From Mobula hypostoma (lineage: Eukaryota), in NCBI RefSeq assembly GCF_963921235.1, contig NC_086097.1:124000001-124064000 (forward strand): a DNA stretch of 64,000 bases, written 5' to 3'. Shown one piece after another: positions 40,430 through 54,017 of the stretch (position 1 is the first letter of the stretch; every line of letters begins with the position of its first letter). Made by a program: the position numbers and the translations under genes. Under the pieces are notes generated by a model. That model was given only the letters and a program-made list of their open reading frames with translations, was not told the DNA's origin and ran no database searches.

Positions 40430-41140
40430 AGCCAGGGTTCCCTTCATTTATTTGGGACACTGCAGTTTAATTGGGGCAGGCGACAGTTGCTGAACCCGTT
40501 CTGACAAGCGTCAGTCATATGCATGTTGTGTGGCCATTTGACACTACACTGCTTAGAGCAAAGAGTTTTCAAATAGCATCACGTGTGTGTGTGTTCAAAA
40601 ATCAGTGATTTTTGTCACTGATAGTTGGCGATTAATAAACAAAGACAATTCAGCACTGTTTTGCCCGCTGCAGTTTCAAGCATTCAGGTTCAGAGATGTC
40701 AGAAATGGCCAGGAATGAAAACAAAATGATTTCACTGCTTTAACAAGTTAGGAACTATGAAGAATTTGGAGGTGTTGACAATCATCTTGACTGCTACAAT
40801 TAAAATGAAGATTTGGAGAATGCAATCATTGAAAGCCTTGTTTGAAGGCAGTCCACTATTTGTCCCAAGTCTCTGCATCAATTTTGTTCATTTACATTCA
40901 ATCAAAAGAATATCTCAGTGAACACTGAATTCCTCCATCAATAACTATTAAGAACTATTACACAGTTTTATAGTAGTCGTAGTGTTCTATTTCATTCTGT
41001 ATTTCATTTAAATACATAATTTGTTGCTCAGTTAATTTTTTTAAATACCTTTTTAACTGTTTCCATGAATCTTCAGCTAATTGGGGCAGCCACTTAATCG
41101 TCCCAAATCATACCAGTCCCGATATGTCCCAATTAATTGG
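40430..41140. mobile_element. Probable Tigger/pogo-like non-autonomous DNA element
   Basis: Imperfect inverted termini (ttgggaca / tgtcccaa) and repeated taattggggcag sub-terminal motifs. Confidence 0.45.
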
Positions 41141-41470
41141 AAATTATGGGAGAAGCATTTCATTTATTATGGCCTACCCAGGCGGATACATAGTGACCAG
41201 GGACGGGACTTCGAGAGCAGACTCATCTATGAGTTCCTGGGAATGCCTGGAGTTGAGAAGTTGAGGTCCACGCCCAATCACCCACAGGGCGATCCCAGCC
41301 TGAGAGGTTTAATGGGTCCTTGCTAGACATGCTTGGGACCCTGGAGATCAGCAAGAAAAGCAGGTGGAGTCAACATATTGGGCATCTGGTTCGTTGTTAC
41401 AACTACACGGAATGAAGCTACTGGATACTCGCCATATTATCTGATGTTTGGGTGTGAGGTTGCCCATTAT
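41141..41470 (+). mobile_element. Gypsy integrase core fragment
   Basis: Encodes YGLPRRIHSDQGRDFES...RSTPNHPQGD. Confidence 0.85.
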
Positions 41471-41888
41471 TATTCTTTATAATTGTTGAATGCCATTTTA
41501 TCATACATGTTGCACCTGAATAACACACCACAACAAATTCCTAATACATGTGAATGTAGATAGTGAATAAAATTTATCTTTGATATCTAGCCAGGGTCAT
41601 TTTTCACAAGGTCCACCAGAATTTCCCATTCTCTTAAGCTCGAAGTATCACTCTCTGGACAGCACACTTTTTTTGTGTGGTTCACGCAATCTCACCTATA
41701 CTCTGAACCTCATTGCCTGTGTAGTATGTAGATTCAATTATTTTTCATGTGAAATGTGCAAACTAACCAGAAACTGCAGGAACTGCAACAGCTACATATA
41801 TTCAACTGATGTATCCAATCTAACTTTGAAAGCTATCACAAAGAGTCTTGCATTCAAAAGAGTAAGCGGCTGATACAGTATTTAAGAG

Positions 41889-42126
41889 TGTTATGTTTTG
41901 TAACTCCAAAACATAAAACTAATTGAAAGAAAAACACGGGGCTGGGCATAACTCATGTACGTTTTTTTTAACTTCAGTGAGGCGCACACTTATACCATAA
42001 GTATAAGCACACTTATACATTTGCCATTCACATACTTTTACAGATACCTTGTAATTAATTATTTAACCAAAGAATACTCAATCAAGCAATAGATTTACAA
42101 TATTACTTAAATATCAAACACCAACA
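41889..42126 (-). mobile_element. Solo LTR
   Basis: TG...CA ends and flanks aagag/atgag; its reverse complement is similar to 1769-1988. Confidence 0.7.
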
Positions 42127-42579
42127 ATGAGATCGTAATCTTACAGCATCATATACTTTGTTATAGCCAAACTACCTCTGGAACAGTCTTAAATGGAAGA
42201 AGAAAGACTGAGTTTAGAACCTAGGTAGCTGAAAGTAGGTCTGCCAGTGATGGAGAACAAATGAGACAAGATTTGAAAGATTGGAAAGCTGTAGTAAAGG
42301 GTGATGCTGCGGAGGGATTTGAAAGGAAGAATACCAATTTTGAGACTATTGTTTTAGGAGGGACAACATCGACATAAATTTTGGTTGACCACAATTTTAT
42401 CTCCGTTGGAGAAAATGAGGCTGAGTATTGAAAAAGTGAAGTGCAAGAATGATTTGCGTGACGATTTTGGATGTACAGTATATTGATCATTTTAGAGTCA
42501 GCTGATACTGCGGAAAGTTACAATCTTGGTGCTGGCACGATGTCTGGATCAGGGTTCAGCCAGAGGTAAGAGAGGGTGG

Positions 42580-43330
42580 TAGGTGATATTGGATTACATC
42601 GCTGCCGGAGAGAGAATAAAATACATCGATGAAACATAATCAATGTTTGGGGTACTGGACGTACTTTCCCGTAGGGGAAGTGCTACATTTCTGAGTTTCA
42701 AATTTCGCGCCGATGACGTACTGAGGTTCTCTCCGTTTCCGCCGCGTAGGTTTCTGGGTAGAAAGGAATTAAGAGACTTTTTGGATTTTCCTTTGGGAGG
42801 TCTCGTTGTGTGAATGTGCAGGTACAAACTTTTAGATAACTGTCCATTAACTTACGTATTGTAGCTATATCCTGAAGAAAGACGCGTATTTTAAATTAAA
42901 ATTAATAACTTGTTCATTTCCATCGGCGTTGGGCTTTGGGTTTCTATGGAAACGCGCCACGCGGGGCAACGCTTTTATTTTCTCTTTTAAAACTTTCGGC
43001 TTGTTTTTGATTAATGGAAGACAGTACATGAAAGAGCGTCCGATATTAAACTACAAACTTTAAAGTATGGGGATGGCTTTCAAAAAGTCGCAAATTACAA
43101 TGTTTACAAGATGGCAGCTATGAAAAAAACCTCCTGTGCCTTATACACGCATGGTTTATCGTACCTGTATTTACAATATAGAATAATTCCAGCATAGGTG
43201 TTCCCGGTCCGCACATTGAGTTTGCGCTGTTTTCTTTGAAAAAGTAGACCGGTTAAAATTGGAAAAACCATTCGGTATCTCGTGTTTTCGATGCAGTAAG
43301 GTCGGGACTGTACAGTTATATCACCACATC
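42580..43330 (+). promoter_or_regulatory. SPAG1: SPAG1 CpG-rich promoter and probable non-coding exon 1 (donor CAG|gtacaa at 42822)
   Basis: TTCAAA at 42697, E2F site TTTCGCGC at 42703-42710, TGACGTA at 42714 and X-box GTTTCTATGGAAAC at 42940-42953. Confidence 0.6.
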
Positions 43331-44329
43331 TGTATTAAACCCATAGCGCTTCATTCACCTAATATGTAAAAATCTATTGGTCCTTGTCTTAAATATTCTG
43401 TCAGTCTTTGATATATGTTCTAAACACCGTCAGTTACTTATTATTTAGGTATTTATTTCATTCCCTTTACCTAATATGTAAACGTTTATTGATCTGTCAA
43501 ATAAAACCTATTTATTCTGCCAATCTTTGATATATGTTGTAAGCACTATTACTTTGGAATTTATCTCATTCCCTTTTGAAAGCCAAAACTGAGTCTGTTT
43601 TCAGTTCAAACTGAATCTAAGATCATTGGTGTACATCTCCTCGTGTCCTTTGTTTTTTTGCTAATCACCTTAAATTTGTGTCCTTCAGCTCTTGGTCTTT
43701 CTGCCATTATTTACTGTATTCAAACACTTCATGATGTCCAATTTGTTACTCTCTCGGTCACATCTCTACCAGGGCAACCTTGGTCAATACCTGACCTGCT
43801 GAATTCCTCCAGCATTTTGTATGTGTTTCTTTGTCAGTGCTCTATCACAAATGTTCTCTTTCCATCGCATCCCCTGCTCACCACTTTAAGAACATTTTTT
43901 GAGTGTTTTTCTGTTTTGCTGAACGGTTACTGATTAGAACCATTGACTTGAACCATTTTCTCTCTCCATAGAAGCAGTCTGACATGCTGAATTTCTCCAG
44001 CACTTTTTTTTTTGGTTTTTGCTTAGGATTTCTGTGTGCCCCTTTTTTTGGATGTAATTTTGTGGTTACCTCAGTTGGTCGTTCACCATTAGCAAACTCA
44101 AGTAGAAAATTGACAGACTCCATTTGTCGAAAAGCAATTGAACAAAAGTACCTGTGCTCTTCTGGATCTTACTGCTTGTGTCTTGACTTTAATCTCTTCA
44201 GCACTGACAGCTGCTCTTTGGTACATAGAATGAAACGGATTGACAAAAGAGCTAAAAGTGACATGCAAAAAAAAGCAGTGAGTTAATATCATATGGAATA
44301 TGTTGTAGTGGTGGAAGTTCCTTAAGGTT

Positions 44330-47300
44330 GTCATAGCTGGTGGGGGTGAGGGGGATGGTGGTAAGTGGGGATAAACTCCCACTATCTATTAAATGCTCCC
44401 AAATGCTGTGTGTCTCAAATAGCCTCTGACAATTAAGTCCAGCTCCCCTTCATGCTTCATGTGTGGCTTAGCTACTAAGCCTGGTAGGACCGTTCCTACT
44501 GACAGGAGAAGGCCAAAGCGGGTTACTGGCACCTTAAAACTAGTTGCTTTGGGTAGATGGGGCTTGTCAGCCGTGGTTGAAAGCTGATCTAGGAGAAGGA
44601 GAACCCTGATAAATCGGTGCTGCCTTGTGGCTATACCCACTCATAGGGAAGGCTTCAGGAGTAAACCCGGGGTTAAAATCTGGAGCTGGAGTCACTAAGG
44701 CAGGCCTACATTGAGATCAATGCTGACTGGCAACTTGTGCAATGCCACTGGTGCCAAACAGTGTCAGTCTCTGCCGTTCCTTTAGATTCATCGACTGCGT
44801 GGAAAGGTGGAGTCTGCTGCATGATCAACAGCTTGCTCTCCATATTGTACTAGCTTAGCTTGTGTACTGGCTTGAATATCAACTTCACCTTGCGACGTCA
44901 ACAATATTCAGGAGAGAACACCCCTGCTTCGCCTTGGGGGGTTAACACAACATGGGAAGCAGCAATTACCAGTTATGGCCCACAATGTTCGATTGACGTA
45001 GCGTGTGGGTGGTGCCAGGGGTTGCTTCCGACAGTGGAGGAGATGCTTGGATCTCACTGGACAGCTACCGCCTGCCTTAAGCTGGGCAGCCCCCAGTCAA
45101 AAAGGTGCTGTGCCACCATGGCCTGCTTTCCTCATTGGGTGAATGGGGATTAGTTTCTCCATTCACTGCAGACTGAATGTACTGCACCGGGCAAGACAAC
45201 ACAATGAAAGAGACCAGCTCTAAAATTGGAATGTTGGATTGTTTGGATAATCATAACTGGCCTCTCTGATACCCTCCAGTATATTTGTAATGTCAGGAAG
45301 ACAGCTGTAATAAACAAGGAGCTCGAAAGACTTCACGTAGACATAGCCAACCTGCAGGAGATGCATCTGGCTGACTCAGGCACATTAAAGGAGAAAGACT
45401 ACTCCTTTTTCTGGCAAGGCAAGGGCCCTGATGATCCCAGAGAGCATGGAGTAGGCTTTGTGCTGAGGAACACATTGTTGAAGATGGTGAAACCAAGCAG
45501 CATTGCATCTGAGTAACTCTTACTCTTCACCTCAACATCACCAAACATCCAGTTACTCTCACCAGTGTGTACGTTCCCACGCTGTGCCCCACATGTGAGG
45601 CAAAGAGTGTGTTTTATGAGAACCTTGCAGCCACCGTAAGGAGTACCCCCAGCTAAGAACATTTTGTTCTCCTGGGTGTGTTCAGTGCCAGAGGTGGTGC
45701 AGATCATGACTTATGGACCTCCTGCCTAGGTCACAATGTAGGCAAGATGAGTGAGAGCAGACACCGATTGCTGGAGTTCTGCACCTATCATGATCTATGT
45801 ATCACCAGCTCATACTTCCAGACCAAGTTTCAACACAAGGTTTCCTGGAGACACCCTCGCTCCAGACACTGGCACCAGCTAGACTTGATCCTAGTCAGGT
45901 GCTCCTCCTTCAGCTGCCTGCTTTAAACAAGTTCCTACCGTCGAACAGACTGCAGCACAGACCACATGCTGGCGTGTTTCAAGATCAGACCGCAGTCAAA
46001 GAAATTCCACCATACTAAACAAGAAGGAAACCCTTGCATTGATGTCAGCAAGATGTCTGGAGTAGTTTGCTAAGGCCTTCAAGAAAGAGTTGAGTGCCCA
46101 GCAGCCTGAAAACTCTTTCACAGAGAAATGAAACGCCATCTGCAGCACAGCCTTGGCTACATGTGGAAGGAAGACCTCCGAAAGAAGTGACTGGTCCAAA
46201 GCCAAGTCCAACAAGATATCCCCTATCACTGAAGCCAATCGTGCTGCCCCAGCTGAGTATAAGCATTCACCAACTGAAAGGAAGGATGCTAAAAGTTCGG
46301 CAGACTGCCAGGCACTGCACCAAGTACTGGATGCAGTTCAGTGAAGACATCCAGACTGCAACACCGGCCAGCAATATCGGGGGTATGTATGATGGCACTA
46401 AGAAATCCTTCGGCCCATCTCAGAGCAGGATGGGTCCCCTCAAATTCATCAATGGGGAAGTAATTACAGTCGGGGCAAACAGGTGGAGAGATGGATAGAA
46501 CATTACTCTGACCTCAGCTCCAGAGTGAACACTGTCACCATCTCAGCCCCGGACTCCTGAGTGCCTGCTGACAATGGAAGAACTGGACAGCGCCAACCCC
46601 AGAGGAGCTCAGCGAGGCCATCGTCAGCTTGGCCTTAGGTAAGGCAGCAAGTAATGATGGGATTTCCCCAGGCCAGATCAAACACTGTGTGATATGTCTG
46701 ATGTTGTGAGCATCACTGATACGTGGCTGAAAGAAGATTATAGCTGAGAGCTTAACATCCAAGGATACACATTGTATCGAAAGGACAGGCAAGTAGACAG
46801 AGGGAGTGGCATGGTTCTGTTGGCAAAAAATGAAATCAAGTCATTAGAAAGAGGTGAGATAGGGTTGGAAGGTGTTGAATTATTGTGGGTAGAGCTAAGG
46901 AACTGCAAGGGTAAAAAGACCCTGATGGGTGTTGTTTACAGACTCCCAAAAAGTAGTAAGGATGTGGTCTACAAATTACAATGGGAGGTAGAAAATGCAT
47001 GCCAAAAAGGGCAATGTTACAATAGTCATGGGGGATTTCAATATGCAGGTAGATTAGGAAAATCAGGTTGGTGCTGGATCCCAAGAGGGGGATTTTCTAG
47101 AATGCCTACGAGGTGGCTTTTTAGAATAGCTCATGGTTGAGCCCACTAGGAGATCAGCTATTCTGGATTGAATGTTGTGCAATGAGCCAGAATTGATTAG
47201 AGGGATTAAGGTAAAGGAACCCTTAGGGGAAAGTTATCATATTATGATTGATTTCACCTTGAAATTTGAAAAGGAGAAGCTAAAGTCAGATGTATCAGTA

Positions 47301-50300
47301 TTACAGTGGAGTAAAGGGAATTATAGAGGCAGGAGAGAGGAGCTGGCTTGATTGGAAAAGGACACGGGCAGAGATGACAGCAGAGTAGCAATGACTGGAA
47401 TTTTTGGAAGCAATTTGGAAGGCACAGGATTTATACATCCCAAAGAGTAAAGGCAAGATGCCTCAACCGTGACTAACAAGAGAAGTCAAAGTCAGCATAA
47501 AAGCCAAAGAGAGAGCTATAACAGAGCAAAAGTTAGAGGATTGGGAAGTTTTTAAAACCAATGGAAGTCAACTAAAAAGTCATTAAGAAGAAAAGATGGA
47601 ATACGAAAGTAAGCTAACCAATATTATTAAAGAGAATACCAATATCTTCTTCAGAGACATAAAGTGTGAAAGAGAGGTGAGAGTGGATATTGGACTACTG
47701 GAAAATGTTGCTGGAGAGTTAGTGATTGGGTACAAGGAAATGGCGAACAAACTGAATAAGTATTTTGCAAGAGTCTTCACTGTGGAAGACACTAGCAGTA
47801 TGGTGGAAGTTCCAGAGTGTAAAGGGCAGAAGTGTGTGAAGTTGCCGTTATTAGGAAGAAGGTTCTTGAAACTGAAAGGTCTGAAAGTAGATAAGTCACT
47901 TGGGCCAGATGGTATGCATCTGGGGTTCTGAAAGAGGTGGCTGAAAAGACTGGATACATTAATAATGATCCTTCAAGAATCACTAGATTCTGGAATGGTT
48001 CCGGAAGACTGGAAAGTTACGAATGTCACTCCACTCTTCAAGAAGTGAGATAGGCAGAAAAAAGGAAATTATAGGCCAGTTGGTCTGACCTCAGTAGTTG
48101 GGAAGATATTGGAGTTGATTGTTAAGGATGTGGTTTTAGGCTATTTGGAAGCACATGATAAAATAGGTTGTAATCAGCACGGTTTCGTCAAGGAAAAGTC
48201 TTGCCTAACTAATCTTTTGGAATTCTTTGAAGAAATAACAAGCAGGATAGACAGGAGAATCGGTGGATGTTGTGTACTTGGATTTTCAGAAGGCTTTTGA
48301 CAAGGTGCCACGCATGAGGCTGCTTAACAAGTTACGAGCCCATGGTAGTACAGGAAAGATACTAACATGGATAGAAGATTGGATGATTGGCAGGAGGCAA
48401 AGAATGGGAATAAAGGGAACCTTTTCTGGTTGGCTGCCAGTAACTAGTGGTGTTCCATAGGGGTCTGTGTTGGGACCAGTTCTTTTTATGTTGTATGTCA
48501 ATGACTTGGATGATGGAATTGATGGTTTTGTTGCAAAGCTTGCGGATTATACGAAGATAAGTGGAAGGGCAGGTAGTTTTGAGGAAGTAGAGATGCTACA
48601 GAAGAATTTAGGCAGATTAGGAGAATGGTCAAGAAAGTGGTAGATGGGATAGTGTCGGGAAGTGTATAGTCATGCACTTCGATAGAAGAAATAAAAGGGT
48701 ACGCTATTTTCTAAATGGAGAGAAAATTCAAAAATCAGATGCAAAGTGATTTGGGAGTCCTTGTGTAGGATTCTCTCAAGGTTAGTTTGCAGATTCAGTC
48801 AGTGGTGAGGAAGGCAAATGCAATGTTGGCATTCATTTCAAGAGAACCAGAGAGTCTAGGACCAGAGGACACAGGCTCAGAATAGAGGCACGTCCCTTTA
48901 GAATACAAATGAGAAGGAATCTCTTCAGCCAGAGAGCAGTGAGTCTGTGGAATTCATTGCCACAGGCAGCTGTGGAGGTCAATTCTTTAGGTACATTTAA
49001 GGCAGAGGTTGATAGATTTTTGATTAGTCAGGGCACGAAAGAATACAGGGAGAAGACAGGAGGTAAGTGGATCAGCCATGGTGAAATGACGGGACAGACT
49101 TGAGGGCCCAAATGGCCTAATTCTGCTGCTATATCGTATGGATTACCCTACTGCATGTAGTCCTCTGTCACTGCTGGCAGGGGGGAGCTGTAACACAGGA
49201 TAAGAAAGATGCCAAGGTCATTACCTTCTACAAAAACAAAGGTAGGAGAATTGACTGTAACAACTACAAGGGCATCTCTCTCTTGAATGTTGTTGGTAAA
49301 GAAGTTGGCTGAACCCGTCTACCCGGAGTCACAGAGTGGCTTCTGTGTTGGAAAGTCAACTATAGATTTTCTCCCCGCTAGCTCCGGAATTGCGGAGAAC
49401 AAAAGCGGCGCTCTACATTGCGTTTATTGATCAAGGCATTTGACTAGATCAGCAGAGATGGGCTCTTTCAGATCCTCTCTAAGTTAAGCTGCCCACTAAG
49501 ACTACAGACCATGATCAAATCCTTCCACAACAATGTGAAAGGGACTGTGCAGTACAGTGGCAACCCTTTGGAGCCCTTTGACATAATTACTAGTGTTAAG
49601 CAAGGCTGTGTTCTTGCCCCATGCTCTTCAGGGTCTTCTTTGCCCTTCTGAGGCACGTATTTTACACTGCAAAAGAGGGGACTTACCTCCGCACTAGATT
49701 AGATGGCTGGCTTTTTAACCTTGCTTGCCTAGGATCCAAACCAAAGTGCTCGAGGGTATGATTAGAGACATGCTGTTTGCTGATGATGTTTGCAGTCGCA
49801 ACCCACTCTCCACAACATCCCTGAGCTTGATGGATTGCTTCTCCCAGGCCGGCAAGGGATTTGGGCTGACTATCATCCTGAAAAAGACAAACAGTTTGGG
49901 ACAGGACATCAGTCATTACCAGTCGTAAATTCAAAGACGGTGTTGTTCATTAGTTGACATACTTGGGGTCCATAATCAGTGATAACCTCTCCTTCAATGC
50001 AGAATTTGGCAAGCATATTGGAAAGGCTGCATGAACACTTGCCTGCCTCACCAGGAGACTTGGACATCATATGCTAAGTGGGAGAGAAGGCTTGGCACTT
50101 TTTATTTAAGGGGACATCATCGTATCTTGGGCAACTGGAGGGAAAGAAGTACCCAATGCTGAGGTTCTCTCATGCTGGCCTCCCTGGCATGTGCATTCTG
50201 CTCACACAGTGTAGGCTGCACTGGCTGGGTCATGTCTGCTGAATGCAGGATGGCCCCATCCCAAAAGATATCCGCTATGGTGAGCAGACTTCAGGCAGCA

Positions 50301-50635
50301 TAACCACTGGCCACGAGCAACTGTGCTATAAGGATGTCTGCAAGGGGAACATGAGGGGCTGGATATCAACATTGAATCCTGGGAAGAACTGGAAGCTAAC
50401 TGCACTAGATGTAGAAGCTCCCTGAAACAACACCTTAAGTCAGGCTGGACAAATTCATGAAAGCAGCAGAAGACAAACAAGCTCATAGAAAGGAACTGCT
50501 TATGGATGTGACCTTTGCAACAGAGACTGCTACTCTCACATTCATCTCGTCAGCTACTGACGGCGCTGCACCAATAACTAGATAGCTGGGACGTAACATC
50601 TATGGTTGACCTCAACCAACATAAGTGGAGGAAGA
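44330..50635 (+). mobile_element. Near full-length degenerate RTE-clade LINE, interrupted by a CR1 insertion
   Basis: APE remnants (RKTAVINKELERLHVDIANLQE, REHGVGFV, WRHPRSRHWHQLDLIL), RT (RDMLFADD) and C-terminal DGPIPKDIRYGE. Confidence 0.85.
46690..49143 (+). mobile_element. Degenerate CR1-type LINE nested in the RTE
   Basis: ORF2 fragments (LWVELRNCKGKKTLMGVVYR, QHGFVKEKSCLTNLLEFFE, DVVYLDFQKAFDKVP); RTE sequence resumes after 49143. Confidence 0.9.
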
Positions 50636-51797
50636 TTTAATTTTAGTATTCTGTAGGGAGTTGAATAAATGAATATCTTTTGAGAAATAATTTGCAATGC
50701 TACGGAGAGAGGGACCAGCTCAATTATTCTGCTGTAGAGCTAATACAGACTAAACAGGCTGCATGGACACCTGCGTTTGCTATAACTATTCTGAGATTTT
50801 AGATGGAGAACAATACGTGGACGTGATCAGGAGTTCTTTATCTGTGATTACTGTTAGCAGGAGAAAGGATATATGAGATGACAGGGACAAAGGGCAACTG
50901 AGAATATTGGACAAGAATTTTATACAAAGGAAGAAGAGATCATGGAAGAATGGAAGATGAAATAACTCGCAAATGCTTTTCATATTGTTGGAATCTTTTA
51001 CTGTATTTTATTTTCCATGATTAATTTCTTGGTTATCATTTCCTGAATAATAAAATCCTCTCAATCCTTGAGATAACTAGAAGACACAAGAGGTTTCAGA
51101 TGCTAGAATCTGGAGCAAAAAAAGAAGAACAAAATGCTGGAGGAACTCAGAGGGTTGAGCAGTATCTGTGGGATTGAGAGAGAGGAGAATTGCCAATGTT
51201 CTGAGTCTCAATGATCTTTAATTGCTAACTGTTTCAATGTAAGGACGTTGGATTGTTGCTGTCTGACCTCATGGGTATTTCCAGGCTTTTCTGCTTATTA
51301 TTTTTAACTTCTTTTGTTTATTGCACATGGAATGCTTCTTCCTTGGCATTTTTATTTCTTCAAAATGTATATTTCTAGATGATTTATACATTTATCAAAG
51401 TTAGTAATTCTTATTTACTGTCCTATGGTGAATTTCATCTTTGCTTTCTGTGTCCCAGCATAATCTTTGGTCTTCTGAAGAAAAAAAGATATTTGAAGAT
51501 CAAGATATGCCATGATCTTCTGGGCAGTGGTAATCCTTATCTTTTTGTATGCTTCTGACACATAGACCACTATCTCAACACCTCAAGGTACTGCAGAGAT
51601 GCTACAATCTACAGGCTCAGTTTCAATGACTCTACAACTCATGTTCTCAGTATTTATTTTTTCTTTGCATAATTTGTCTTATTTTGTATGCAGGTTGTTT
51701 GTCAGTCTTTGTGTATATTTTTCATAAATTCTATTGTATTCCGTTATTTTCCTCTAGATGCGTACAAGAATCTTAAGGTAGTATATGGTAACATATA

Positions 51798-52317
51798 TAT
51801 TCAGTGGTCACTTTTTATTAGGTACATCCTAGCCCATCTTCTTCAAGACTTGACATTTTGTGCATTCAGAGATGCTCTCTGTACACCACTGCTGTAACAC
51901 ATGGTTATCTGAGTTACCATTTTCTTACTGTTAGCTTGAATCAGTCTGGTCGTTCTCCTCTGATCTCTCTCATTAATAAGACGTTTTCACTCACAGAGCC
52001 ACCACTTGCTGGATAAATTTTGTTTTTTTGCACCATTCTCTGTAAAATCTAGAGACTGTCGTGTATGGAAATCCTAGGAGATCAGCAGTTTCTGAGATAC
52101 TCAAACCTCCCTGACTGGCACCAACAACCATTTCACAGTCAAAGTCATTGAGATCACATTTCCTCCCCGTGCTGATGCTTGGTCTGAACAACAAGTGAAT
52201 ATCTTGACCATGTCTGCACGCTTTTATCCACTGAGTTGCTGGCGCATGACCGGCTGATTACATATTTGCATTAACAAGCAAGTGTAAAGGTGTACCTAAT
52301 AAAGTAGTCAGTAAATT
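51798..52317 (-). mobile_element. Internally deleted Tc1-like element
   Basis: TIR-like ends; ORF 51991-52194 resembles a Tc1 HTH N-terminus (GLSISETADLLGF). Confidence 0.75.
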
Positions 52318-54017
52318 TATATTTACTTTGACTTTAAATTTGAATTCTAGTTGTGCAAAATCTTCCAAATTCACTGGCAGGTAGATTGAATGAATATTTA
52401 TTTCTTCTTGCAGGCAGTGAACTTTCACTGTGGCCCTAATTACAACTGAACTACTCCTGTAGGCAGACTTGGTCAGTCATTTACCTAACACCAGATTCTG
52501 TAGATTTATTTCAGACTCTGTCTTGCCAATTAACAGTTTTCTAAGCCTCTTTGAAAAACGTGTAATATCCCCAAAGACTCGTGAAAATTCCTAGTCCAAG
52601 AGTATTCAAAATTATAAAGAATTTTTTGGGATGGCATTATTAATCTTATCTTCATGTATTGGGAGGACACACAAAACAGCTTTAATGCTGGAAATGCATG
52701 TTTTCTCACTGATACACCCTGTTGAGCACCTGCTCCACTGGTGGTAGGGACTGAATATTTCAAATTGGCCTTATGAGCTCCTTTAGAGTACACAGACATT
52801 GAGTAGAAACAAATTATCCATGATTCCCAAGGGAATATTTAAGAAGACTTTATTTATATCTATCCTGCTCCAACTTCACCTCCAAAGTGTCTGAAGAAAA
52901 CTTCGACAGGCTAAGCATGCAAAGGCAATTGAAAGACCTGGAGAAGACATGGTCTCTATCAGTTGGGAAGTCTGGGATCCTAGGGCACAGCCCCAGAATA
53001 AAGGAATACCCCTTCACAACTGAGATGAGGAGGAATTTCTTCAGCCAGATGGTGATAAATCTGTGGAATTCGTTGTATCAAAGAGCATTGGAGACCAAGT
53101 CATCATGTGTGTTTAAAGCAGAGATTGATGGGTTCTTGATTGATAAGGAAGGGTTACGGATTATGTGGAGAAGAGAGAGAATGAGGTTGAAAAAAATCAG
53201 CTATAATTGGTAAAATAGAGCTGATGGGCTGAATGGGGAAATTCTGCTCCCATAGCTTATTGCCAAAGATTTCAAGTACTTTTCTTAGCCAACTCATCTC
53301 TTGTACTGATATAGTTTCCCTTGTTTGAATTAAGACTGTTCTTTTGGACTGATCAAAATAATTGACAAGCTCTATGTATAAGCTCTGTAATTTAATATAT
53401 CTGATTTGCAAAGGCCCCCTTGCTATTGCTCTCTGCTGGCTGAGTTTTGTCAAATATAGTGTGTAGCTCAAGCTTTCTCCTGTGGTGTTGGGTGAATCCG
53501 ATTTGCTTTGAGAAGGTTACATCTGATTTCCTGTGAGCATGTAGTGAAATATGAATAAGCAGTATGCAGCCAGATTTAGAGTTAGGATTGAGAACAGCAG
53601 GAGTTGGGAACATGGTTTTGTCTCCAGCTGAAACCGTGGTTCCAGAGAGCTTGACAAACTGAACATGTAGACAGGGTGGAAGTTAGGGCAGTGGAACACT
53701 CCTGCAAGATATGGGAAGTCGAGGAACCTCACAATATCAATAATAACTACATCTGTGGACCCAGCTGCAGCTTTTGACAAGTTGGATCAAGGAACTGGGG
53801 CTGGATATAGATGATCTCCACTATCCAGGCCATGCAGTCTTCTTTCCCCTTTGATAAATAAAGGAGGAGCAACAGTGCTTAGAGACAACATTGTTGGAGG
53901 ATTGTCTAGTGAGGCCATGTGGATAGAAATCAGAAACAAGAATAGGAGGAGTACTTTGGCTTAGTGACCATAATTCTATTATTTTAAGATGGTGATGGAA
54001 AAGAATAGGCCAGGTCC

